Shown: positions 1 through 7,306, counted from the first letter of the stretch. The stretch: 64,000 nt of DNA from Prochlorococcus sp. AG-402-B05 (GCA_003279635.1 QCHK01000001.1:5697-69696), one strand, 5' to 3'. Program-made: numbers and translations. The notes: a model not told the origin generated them from the letters alone.

Positions 1-176
1 TAGATCTGAGACTACCTATGTTAGAAAAAAAGAAAATATATTTAGAAAAAAAGATAAATGATAGTGATGTAGACATTAGTGAAATTAGTCATCAATTAGC
101 AGAAATAATTGAATCTATTCAAGAGCATGAGGATAGATGGATTGAGCTAAGTGAGTTGTCTGAGTCAGCAAAGTAA
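1..176 (+). CDS. 3' end of an ABC-F-type ATPase (C-terminal helical tail); 5' end lies outside the window
   Basis: Frame is open from the window edge to TAA at 174-176. The tail ...HQLAEIIESIQEHEDRWIELSELSESAK resembles the acidic coiled-coil end of ABC-F proteins. Confidence 0.45.
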   Translation, partial: DLRLPMLEKKKIYLEKKINDSDVDISEISHQLAEIIESIQEHEDRWIELSELSESAK

Positions 177-230
177 CCACGTAATTTTTCTTTTGAGGTA
201 GACAAACAGATAGAGACCAAATCGCTAGTC

Positions 231-259
231 TTGACTTTTATGAGTATAAATACTATAAA
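231..259 (+). promoter_or_regulatory. sigma70-type promoter, TTGACT-17 nt-TATAAA
   Basis: TTGACT at 231-236, exactly 17 nt of spacer, then TATAAA at 254-259. Sits about 100 nt upstream of the micro-ORF at 363. Confidence 0.5.
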
Positions 260-282
260 GAGTTATAGCTTTTGCTACTCAA

Positions 283-360
283 TCGTCCGATCTGCTTATG
301 TAGACCGCAGTTCGACTCAAGCCAAAGGACGGGGACTTGAGCGCTTCTAAGGAGCTAGGA
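283..360 (+). promoter_or_regulatory. Structured GC-rich leader; candidate glutamine-II riboswitch (Downstream-peptide motif)
   Basis: Hairpin CUCAAGCC (316-323) / GG-A-CUUGAG (333-341). AGUUC (309-313) can pair with GAGCU (352-356), which overlaps the AAGGAG SD at 349-354. The GUUCGAC...GGACGG...AAGGAGC elements resemble glutamine aptamers as I recall them. Confidence 0.4.
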
Positions 361-362
361 TC

Positions 363-464
363 ATGGTCAATATGTATTTCAACGGAAGATCATTTGTATA
401 TTGTAGTTCAGCTTCAAAGTCTCAAGTAAAACTCACTTACAGAGGATTGAATTATTCAAGATAA
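363..464 (+). CDS. 33-aa micro-protein, DUF4278-like (YRG-type repeats)
   Basis: ATG at 363 lies 8 nt after AAGGAG; TAA at 462-464. Peptide is MVNMYFNGRSFVYCSSASKSQVKLTYRGLNYSR, with KLTYRGLNY as in cyanobacterial DUF4278 proteins. Below the ORF-track cutoff. Confidence 0.5.
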   Translation: MVNMYFNGRSFVYCSSASKSQVKLTYRGLNYSR

Positions 465-768
465 TATTTAACTACTAATAATTTATTGCATCTCAATTTA
501 TCCATTTTTTATAATAAGGTTATAGTATATTTATACCTATCAAAGATTGCTGAATTAGTTTTAATTACTGGATTAATATTTTTATAAATTTTAAATGACT
601 CATTTTCGTAGTTATTAATACATTATAGATAAGATTATGCTCGTCTTTAGATCGTTACCCTTGGAGTTTTGGCATAGAAAACTCTCTTGCAAGAATAAGA
701 AATCCCATTATTCTAAAAAAATTATTTGCAGCTTTTAACTATAATGATTTTATCTACACGGATGAATT

Positions 769-936
769 GTGAAGTTGATCAAATGGCATAAATCATTTGT
801 TGAACGTGCTCAAAAAGAAATGGGGATATCTAACTATGCCCTGTATTGGTTTGGCTTCCTTGAGGGTGCTTTAGTGATGTGGTTAGTTATGAAAGTTATT
901 TCTGCTTTATGGATAAAATCTGAGTTTCCCTTTTAA
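769..936 (+). CDS. 55-aa hypothetical membrane micro-protein (GTG start; alternative ATG at 820)
   Basis: Open frame VKLIKWHKSFVERAQKEMGISNYALYWFGFLEGALVMWLVMKVISALWIKSEFPF contains one clear hydrophobic helix. No homology recognised. Confidence 0.3.
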   Translation: MKLIKWHKSFVERAQKEMGISNYALYWFGFLEGALVMWLVMKVISALWIKSEFPF

Positions 937-958
937 TAAAGATGTTTTTTATAGGTGA

Positions 959-1147
959 ATGATGGAGTTTCTAAAAAAAATCCCTCCGAATATTTATTTA
1001 GTTTTTTCTTTGATTTTCATAACAATTGCTATTGCAGTTCTTTTTATATGGAAATTTATTTTTGCCATCTTATCTTTGCTACTTGGACTTGTTTCATTAA
1101 TTGCATGGACATTTTTTGGATTATTTGAAGAAACTAAAAATACATAG
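959..1147 (+). CDS. 62-aa hypothetical membrane protein
   Basis: Track ORF with two hydrophobic helices (IYLVFSLIFITIAIAVLFIW and AILSLLLGLVSLIAWTFFGLF). Confidence 0.4.
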   Translation: MMEFLKKIPPNIYLVFSLIFITIAIAVLFIWKFIFAILSLLLGLVSLIAWTFFGLFEETKNT

Positions 1148-1271
1148 ATGCTTTAGTAATATTAGACATGAGGATATGGCCAGCAACAAATTCTCCTGAC
1201 TACAGTATCCATTGGGCGCTTGTCTTCCTTTTAAATGAATTTATTCTGTGAATACATAAATTATCTTTCAG

Positions 1272-1484
1272 TTGAAAATGGCTATTGATCCAGAAGTAAT
1301 TCACCCTTCAAATAATAAAGGGCGCAGAGCAAGTAGGTATGTCCCGACATGGGCAATTTATACCTCTACCGGCATAGGAGTGTTGGTTCTAGTTGGGTTG
1401 ATTAAAACCCTTCTCCCTTTGATTGGAATGGCTTGTTTATTGGCTTTCATCTGGTCTCAATCAACAACTAACAGAAGATACTGA
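1272..1484 (+). CDS. 70-aa hypothetical membrane protein
   Basis: Track ORF with a basic N-terminal segment followed by two hydrophobic helices. Start is TTG at 1272 or ATG at 1278. Confidence 0.4.
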   Translation: MKMAIDPEVIHPSNNKGRRASRYVPTWAIYTSTGIGVLVLVGLIKTLLPLIGMACLLAFIWSQSTTNRRY

Positions 1485-1532
1485 GAATTCTGTTCTCCTA
1501 TAAGTAAAGTCGTTCTCCTGATGACTTTTGAT

Positions 1533-1685
1533 TTATCTCCCGATAATGAAATGGTGCACAGAGGGAACCGTTCTATAGAGAATGTAAATAATAAGAACTA
1601 GTAAATTCCCTCCAACAACCGCAGCTCCTGCAGCAAAATTTCCTTCTTTAGTGGTGTAATCCCACTTTGGCTCGTTATCTGTCAT
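1533..1685 (-). CDS. 50-aa hypothetical membrane micro-protein
   Basis: ATG at 1685 to TAA at 1533-1535. Peptide is MTDNEPKWDYTTKEGNFAAGAAVVGGNLLVLIIYILYRTVPSVHHFIIGR, with one TM helix. Below the track cutoff. Confidence 0.3.
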   Translation of the reverse strand: MTDNEPKWDYTTKEGNFAAGAAVVGGNLLVLIIYILYRTVPSVHHFIIGR

Positions 1686-1890
1686 GGTTTATTTATTAAT
1701 CACTTTATTATTGCCATTTATCCAACGCGATCAACAAATATAACTAATAAAAGGGTAAAGAAACTCCTGGTTTTTTCGAAATTCAAAATATAATCCACTT
1801 TTCTTCAATGGGAAAGAGATCCATATGAAAGAGTTGAGAGTTTTCTTCTTAGCAAATCTACGGCTATGACTACGTTGTTAAATTCAAAAA

Positions 1891-2214
1891 TTATGCTTCC
1901 TCTTTAGAAACCACTTCGGCATCAACAACTTCTTTTGAATCAACAAATTCGTTTCTTTTCCTATCTATCCAACTATTAATTCCAAATACTAGAGGCTTTG
2001 ATCCTCGATAAATAAAAATGGCGGTAGGAAGAACACTTATTATCCCAACCATAGGATTTTTGAATATGAGTCGTCCTGCTTTTACATTAAAAAGAATAAT
2101 TAATAAAGAAGGAATTAAAACACTGAGAATGGTCTTTAGAGCTTCAGTCCATCCAACACGATAAACCCACCAAATTGAGGATATGCCAAAGAAATATAAA
2201 ATAAAATAAGTCAT
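1891..2214 (-). CDS. 107-aa hypothetical membrane protein
   Basis: Track ORF with three hydrophobic segments and an acidic C-terminal tail. Confidence 0.45.
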   Translation of the reverse strand: MTYFILYFFGISSIWWVYRVGWTEALKTILSVLIPSLLIILFNVKAGRLIFKNPMVGIISVLPTAIFIYRGSKPLVFGINSWIDRKRNEFVDSKEVVDAEVVSKEEA

Positions 2215-2260
2215 GAAATATTACTTACCCAGTAAGTCGATTTTAATTATTCAAACAATT

Positions 2261-2455
2261 CTAAGAACTTCTTTTACGCTTTGAGTTGTTAGTCTCAAGG
2301 ATGTAAACACTAAAAGCAATCAAAAGAGTTACCAAAATCGATGCAGCCACCCAACTTAATTGACTTGAGGTCATTCCTAAGTAAGGACCATCAATAGGTT
2401 GTTCAGACCAAGTGCCAGCTAAGTTCCACACCTGAGGATTCGATAGAAAAACCAT
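2261..2455 (-). CDS. 64-aa hypothetical membrane protein
   Basis: Track ORF 2261..2506. The internal ATG at 2455 (MVFLSNPQVW...) is the more plausible start. One TM helix and a basic C-terminus. Confidence 0.4.
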   Translation of the reverse strand: MVFLSNPQVWNLAGTWSEQPIDGPYLGMTSSQLSWVAASILVTLLIAFSVYILETNNSKRKRSS

Positions 2456-2806
2456 GCAATACCTTTCAGTTGCTTTATGAGCAAAGTTTATATTTAAAAT
2501 GCACAAATGCTATGAATAATTACTTATCGTTACTTCTTCTTAGAACTAAGATAAATGACTAATTTGATTTTTAAATAGCAACGGATTTTTTAAATCCTTT
2601 AAAAATAATAATTACTCATGGCAAGGCTTTGAAACATAAGCCATATTTAAGTTGAATTCATTTCGAGGTCACAATGTCTAGAGCTGTGAACTGGGTTTTG
2701 CTTCAACTGGCTATGAATTATTACGGAGACTCATTGAAAGAGTTTCAAGTTGATAATGATTAGTTATTTATAAGTTTTGAATATTCTTTAATTTCTCATA
2801 ATTTTC

Positions 2807-2938
2807 ATGAAATTACTTACTCAGTTCAGTATCCCTAATCCAAGCAAGGCTGATCTGGCTAAAAAGAATATTAGGACTTCAAAAACACTCAAAAAAGCAG
2901 CTAAACAAGAAATCCTTGTTGAGCTTGAGAAGCATTGA
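2807..2938 (+). CDS. 43-aa basic micro-ORF (hypothetical)
   Basis: ATG at 2807 to TGA at 2936-2938. Peptide is MKLLTQFSIPNPSKADLAKKNIRTSKTLKKAAKQEILVELEKH. Supported only by the open frame. Confidence 0.2.
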   Translation: MKLLTQFSIPNPSKADLAKKNIRTSKTLKKAAKQEILVELEKH

Positions 2939-3019
2939 TCACGTTCTTTAATAATATCTTTGCGTGAATCACTACCTTTTTTGGTTAGAAATACTTTTAA
3001 TGTTGGATTTTAAGAAATA

Positions 3020-3169
3020 ATGCATAGTCAATTAATAGTGGTTTTTGTCTCAGGCTTTCTTGCATTGCTAGGAATTCGAATTTTAATTTCTAGCTTTGAT
3101 AATGATGGGAATGGGATGGCCTATTCCACTAGGGATAGCTATCAATTCTCAATTTTAGAAGGTTCATGA
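3020..3169 (+). CDS. 49-aa micro-ORF with an N-terminal TM helix (hypothetical)
   Basis: ATG at 3020 to TGA at 3167-3169. Peptide begins MHSQLIVVFVSGFLALLGIRILISSF... A terminator-like hairpin follows at 3241-3270. Confidence 0.3.
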   Translation: MHSQLIVVFVSGFLALLGIRILISSFDNDGNGMAYSTRDSYQFSILEGS

Positions 3170-3240
3170 CACCTAACCACTAGCTGCGAGTTCTTCTCAA
3201 GAGAGACACACTGGTGTCACAATAAGCTATGTGTCTTGTA

Positions 3241-3270
3241 GGCAATTGCGATCATTGCCAGTTTGTTTTT
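3241..3270 (+). terminator. Rho-independent terminator-like hairpin
   Basis: GGCAAT (3241-3246), 7-nt loop, ATTGCC (3254-3259), then AGTTTGTTTTT. Confidence 0.5.
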
Positions 3271-3419
3271 CTCTTAAGTCTTTGATTACAATTCAGACAT
3301 TACTGTTTGGGCATAGCTTTATCCATTTCCAAGTTTTGAAAGACATATAAGCCGAACTAGACCGTATCTTTGTATCCCACAACAAAGCACTTAGATTAGT
3401 TTCAAAAGTTAATTTGTAC

Positions 3420-3647
3420 ATGTCATCTTCTTTTCAGGTAATCACTGAATACGGCAAGCAAAATCTATTTGCTCGTGAAACTCCTCCATAATTGGTGGAA
3501 AACTATACAAGCTATCCAAAGGAAGCTGAGAAAACCAATGGACGTTGGGCAATGATTGGAATGATCAGCCTTTTAGGTGCATATGTCACAACAGGACAAA
3601 TTATCCCAGGTTTTTTTAAGATTACTGTTAATCTAATTCACTTCTAA
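3420..3647 (+). pseudogene. hli: High-light-inducible protein (HLIP) gene interrupted by an in-frame TAA at 3489-3491; a 51-aa product from TTG 3492 or GTG 3495 remains possible
   Basis: MSSSFQVITEYGKQNLFARETPP-stop-LVENYTSYPKEAEKTNGRWAMIGMISLLGAYVTTGQIIPGFFKITVNLIHF. It carries the HLIP helix motif E..NGRWAMIG and the TTGQIIPG tail. Confidence 0.55.
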
Positions 3648-3764
3648 TCTTTTCATCTATACGTCTATAATATGTTGTGAGTTTTTTATCATTATATCTA
3701 TTTTTAGTTGAGAATAACTCTTTGATTGATTTAACTATATATTTGAACCGAATTATTGCTTTTA

Positions 3765-4334
3765 TTAATGCTCATGTATTAAAGTTTCTAACTTAATGCT
3801 CCTAGAGAACCCTTTGCAATCTAGTTTTAATTTTTTTATTCTTTCTTCTTCCCAAATCCAGTAGACAGTATGGATCTGTCTGGCCTTTCTTAATTGTTTG
3901 TTTGATCTTACGCTAACAGGTGAGAATTCTTTTCTTTGATCAAACATATCATCTCTAGTTGCTTGATTCAAAACAATACTTCCTTCTTTCCCTGATTCTG
4001 ATCGGTGATAAGTTCCAATTGGTATTTGCAGTGCGCCCATTGCTCTAGTTAAAAAAATCACATGATGAGGCTCATCCCATTTGGGGTTAATAAGATTAAA
4101 TTTTCGGCTCCCTTCAATCACTAAATTGTGATCAACTTGATGATGATGGATGTAATACTGCTCAAAATTGATGTCATCAGGAGGAGATATGGCGTTTTTG
4201 TGATGGATGACAACATCAGCGCCATTTGATCCATTTACGCCTGCATCAAAAAAAGATACTTGTGGGGTTTCACGAAAAACATGAATAGGAATAAAATGAA
4301 GAAGCATTTGTAAACCCCCTTTCATACAAATCAT
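3765..4334 (-). CDS. Hypothetical protein, His-rich, possibly cupin-like beta-barrel
   Basis: Track ORF of 189 aa. Contains YYIHHHQVDHNLVIEGSRKF and HHVIFL, which suggest a metal-binding barrel. Start could be ATG at 4334 or 4307. Confidence 0.5.
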   Translation of the reverse strand: MICMKGGLQMLLHFIPIHVFRETPQVSFFDAGVNGSNGADVVIHHKNAISPPDDINFEQYYIHHHQVDHNLVIEGSRKFNLINPKWDEPHHVIFLTRAMGALQIPIGTYHRSESGKEGSIVLNQATRDDMFDQRKEFSPVSVRSNKQLRKARQIHTVYWIWEEERIKKLKLDCKGFSRSIKLETLIHEH

Positions 4335-4426
4335 TAATAATCGAAAATAGTTAATTTATAAATCCCAGTTTTCACCTAAGCAGATATCCTTACATAAATC
4401 ATGAGCCTAGCTAATGTTTTTCGAGA

Positions 4427-5101
4427 CTAATCTTGTTTAGAATCAATACTTTTTAACTCCGAAAAAGAAAATACCTGTTTATTTATTATTGAACCCTCTG
4501 AGGCTTCTTGATGTATGGATCTAGAGGATAAAACCCAAGGACCACCTTTGAATAAAGGTATAAAAGCATCTTCGTAAAAGCTTTTTCCCTTTAAATCTTT
4601 TTTTGAAATTGGATCAAGATATTGACTGGAATAACTCTTGCTTAAGTAGCCATTACCGGTATGAGTCACATCCTTAGTGAGGATGATTATTAGACTTCCA
4701 TGAATATGCCTATAAACCATCGTAACAACATCGTTTTTGACCCTATATTTGTCACCTTCGTTTTTTCCTCCAACTATAACTTCTGAGCCAATTTCATTTG
4801 TATCTCCAGAAGTAAAGGTATTTTTACCATGAGTTTGTTCAAATGATCTTCTGACTCTATGAATAGCAACTTCCCAAAGTTGTGAAGAAATGGCTTTGTG
4901 TATTTTTTCGTCATCTATTCCATTAACAGTGGCTTTTAAATCTTGTCCTAAGCAAAAGCTTCCTTTTACTTCTATTTCGCCATCTGTCCAAGAACAGCTA
5001 CCTTCGTAACCTGAAAAATCTGATTCCCACGTGTAGCGATTTTCATAGGCAGACTTAAATAAATGCGTACAATCTGTTCCTGTCATTTCCTTGGTTAGCA
5101 T
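4427..5101 (-). CDS. DUF3386-like conserved cyanobacterial protein
   Basis: Track ORF 4427..5131. LFKSAYENRYTWESDFSGYEGS matches my recollection of the DUF3386 N-terminus. ATG at 5101 preferred over TTG at 5131. Confidence 0.6.
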   Translation of the reverse strand: MLTKEMTGTDCTHLFKSAYENRYTWESDFSGYEGSCSWTDGEIEVKGSFCLGQDLKATVNGIDDEKIHKAISSQLWEVAIHRVRRSFEQTHGKNTFTSGDTNEIGSEVIVGGKNEGDKYRVKNDVVTMVYRHIHGSLIIILTKDVTHTGNGYLSKSYSSQYLDPISKKDLKGKSFYEDAFIPLFKGGPWVLSSRSIHQEASEGSIINKQVFSFSELKSIDSKQD

Positions 5102-5424
5102 AAAACTCAGTTTATGACTTATTTTAGTCAATTAAAGATTTTAATAAACTTATTAAAAATATATTTACGAAACACAATTATTTGTAGTTATCTATAGCGA
5201 TTGTTATGAGTAATAAACAAAGACAAATTACTATCCAAAAATAATATTTAATTGCATTTTATTTAAGGGTATTAGTTTTGATAACCAAGACCTTGCAAGA
5301 AATGGCTATCACGCAGAGTTTAACCTAAGTTGAAAAACTCGTGATAGATATTTTTAATAGATCTTCCGAAAATTGTCAGATTATATGACACGTATCACAG
5401 CAAATTATTTGACTTTATTAGCGA

Positions 5425-5694
5425 TTACAATGATGATTCGTTATTTTCTTCAACTGAGGACCATCTATCTTCTGAGCTTAGAGACTCATCCTTGATATCA
5501 GTTTCTTCATCCCAACCCCAGCTTTTTTTGATTTCTTTAAGTGATCGACCACTCTCTTTTTGTTGAGGACTCAAGGGAATCCAACTCCAATCAATTAAAA
5601 GTGTGGCGGCAATGCCAAAAAGGATATGTCCGACAAGAACCCCAACAACATCAACTGTAGTTAGTGATTCTTGTCCAATCGAGGGGTCGTACAA
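5425..5694 (-). CDS. 89-aa hypothetical protein (one TM helix, acidic C-terminus)
   Basis: Track ORF with a TTG start. TM segment VVGVLVGHILFGIAATLLI. Confidence 0.4.
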   Translation of the reverse strand: MYDPSIGQESLTTVDVVGVLVGHILFGIAATLLIDWSWIPLSPQQKESGRSLKEIKKSWGWDEETDIKDESLSSEDRWSSVEENNESSL

Positions 5695-5854
5695 ATTCTT
5701 TTCTCGTTTGATTTTTCTAATTATAAGAATTTAAAAAGTGTTTCAAAGAAAAGCTATTGATTAAAGTTTCGTTTTTTATATAGATTTTTCTAATGTTTTT
5801 GATCATTTTTACTAGTATGTTCGGTTGCCCACCATCAACCGCAGACATAGCTCC

Positions 5855-5872
5855 GTTACATTCCTTTACATA
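5855..5872 (+). promoter_or_regulatory. HLR1 element (RpaB-type binding site): GTTACATT-CC-TTTACATA
   Basis: Two direct (G/T)TTACA(T/A)(T/A) repeats separated by 2 nt. The element ends 18 nt upstream of the first hli ATG. A third, degenerate ATTACATC follows at 5873-5880. Confidence 0.55.
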
Positions 5873-5889
5873 ATTACATCCACACTAAA

Positions 5890-5997
5890 ATGACTCCTGA
5901 AGCAGAAAAGTTTAACGGTTGGGCAGCAATGCTTGGTTTCGTTGCAGCCTTTGGCGCATATGCAACAACAGGACAAATAATTCCTGGCATTTTCTAA
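5890..5997 (+). CDS. hli: High-light-inducible protein, 35 aa
   Basis: MTPEAEKFNGWAAMLGFVAAFGAYATTGQIIPGIF. Has the HLIP helix motif and TTGQIIPG tail. Below the track cutoff. Confidence 0.8.
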   Translation: MTPEAEKFNGWAAMLGFVAAFGAYATTGQIIPGIF

Positions 5998-6008
5998 ATT
6001 TTTAAATT

Positions 6009-6128
6009 ATGCAACCTTCTAACAAAACAATTCTTGAAAGAAGTATAGGAAGGCCAGCAATGATGGCTTTCGTACTTCTAACAGGTATTTACCTAACAAC
6101 TGGCCAACTAATTCCCGGTGTTGTGTAA
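6009..6128 (+). CDS. hli: High-light-inducible protein, 39 aa (divergent)
   Basis: MQPSNKTILERSIGRPAMMAFVLLTGIYLTTGQLIPGVV. E..IGRPAMMAF is a variant of the E..NGR.AM.GF motif. Confidence 0.7.
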   Translation: MQPSNKTILERSIGRPAMMAFVLLTGIYLTTGQLIPGVV

Positions 6129-6274
6129 TGTCTACTCAAAAGAACAATACAAGAAACATTGATCCTGAAAAGGTAACCGCAGAAAGGCTTAACGGTTATG
6201 CAGCATTATTTGGTTGTATTGCTTTAGTTGGAGCATATGCAACCACAGGTCAAATCATACCTGGCTTCGTGTAA
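6128..6274 (+). CDS. hli: High-light-inducible protein, 48 aa
   Basis: MSTQKNNTRNIDPEKVTAERLNGYAALFGCIALVGAYATTGQIIPGFV. Its ATG overlaps the preceding stop (TAATG). Confidence 0.8.
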   Translation: MSTQKNNTRNIDPEKVTAERLNGYAALFGCIALVGAYATTGQIIPGFV

Positions 6275-6404
6275 CCAAAAAAACGTTACCTTTAATTGCT
6301 GGACTTTTTAATCTAAGTTCGGCATGTGTCAGTTTACAAGGTTCGATCTTATGGTGGTTTCTACCTTTAAGTCCTCAACCAAGACTTAAAGTTTAAGATC
6401 AATA

Positions 6405-6438
6405 GAGAAGCTCTCTTATTGAGAGCTTTTTCTGTTTT
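6405..6438 (+). terminator. Rho-independent terminator of the hli cluster
   Basis: AAGCTCTC (6408-6415), loop TTATT, GAGAGCTT (6421-6428), then TTTCTGTTTT. Confidence 0.6.
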
Positions 6439-6471
6439 ATAAGGAATATCTAATATCAATGAACTCAAAAA

Positions 6472-6666
6472 TTAAAGGAATATTCCTCTCGATTGAACAA
6501 AGTTGTGAAAAACTGGATTATGAAGATATTCAATATAAAGTGCGATTAAAAATGCCCCACTTAAGCAAACACTTGCAAGTATTGATCCAAAAATATAAAT
6601 TTGTTTTTTGCTTAAATTTGGTTTCGTATCTACAAATACAAATCTCCTTGATCTTGAGATAGTCAT
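6472..6666 (-). CDS. 64-aa hypothetical membrane protein (strand uncertain; mutually exclusive with + ORF 6459..6662)
   Basis: The minus-strand ORF has a clean TM helix (IYIFGSILASVCLSGAFLIALYI). The plus-strand ORF has no such feature. Confidence 0.25.
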   Translation of the reverse strand: MTISRSRRFVFVDTKPNLSKKQIYIFGSILASVCLSGAFLIALYIEYLHNPVFHNFVQSRGIFL

Positions 6667-6734
6667 TTAAGTTTTTTCAACTACTTAATACCTAGCCATA
6701 GCATGTCTTGATTATTTCCTGCTTAATGGTTTCT

Positions 6735-7106
6735 TTATGAAATTATGTCTTCCTTGTAAATAGCTAGACAAGAAAATTCTTGAATTTCTCCATTAGGTAA
6801 AAGTTGAGCGAATCTAGGTTCATCCATTCTTAAACCATTTTTCTCATCTTGATAACTCCATAACCATTTCTTGTCCGTGAATGATATATCACCGACTTTA
6901 AAAGATACTGGAAGCATGAGGTTTATATCTCGCCAATGAAGAACGATAAAAGCTCCTTTATCAATATTTTCAAGATTATCGGTTATCGCAAAATCTCCAT
7001 TTAAGTTATTTCTGATGACTGCAGTTAATCTATCTCCTTCGCAATTGAAATCTGAAGAAGGATGAAGAGTAATAAGTAAACTTAGAAAAAACGAAATAAA
7101 AGTCAT
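6735..7106 (-). CDS. Secreted 123-aa protein, possibly MliC-like (lysozyme-inhibitor fold)
   Basis: N-terminal signal-like segment MTFISFFLSLLITL. The pattern C-E-G-D-x-L...LMLPVSF...FTDKKWLWSY...FSC resembles the MliC C..G..L / W.W / terminal Cys layout. Confidence 0.5.
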   Translation of the reverse strand: MTFISFFLSLLITLHPSSDFNCEGDRLTAVIRNNLNGDFAITDNLENIDKGAFIVLHWRDINLMLPVSFKVGDISFTDKKWLWSYQDEKNGLRMDEPRFAQLLPNGEIQEFSCLAIYKEDIIS

Positions 7107-7306
7107 TTGTTTTGAGTATAAGAAAATTTTATATTTTAAAAATGATATTTATCATTATTGGTTTATCTCTGCTAAAGGAACTTATTGAATACTAGGTAAG
7201 ACTATAGATTCGTTAAAATAAAATCATATACTAGGGCCTTCAAATCAAAAACTCGAAAAATACTCATTTAAATTCTACCAAGATTAGTTGCAACTATCTT
7301 GGAGAT

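Noticed and set aside
6336-6362. GGTTCGATC, a T-loop-like sequence that could mark a tRNA fragment or island attachment site
   Set aside because: The flanking bases cannot form a T-stem or acceptor stem. There is no similarity to the 3' halves of the two tRNAs in the window. It is probably a chance match.
6214-6396. Track ORF of 60 aa overlapping the end of the hli cluster
   Set aside because: It starts inside the third hli gene in a different frame and runs through the structured 3' region. The in-frame HLIP reading (6128-6274) has clear family motifs and this one has none.
6459-6662. Plus-strand 67-aa ORF
   Set aside because: It is mutually exclusive with the minus-strand ORF 6472..6666, which has a clean TM helix. 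The plus-strand product has no features. Both remain low confidence.
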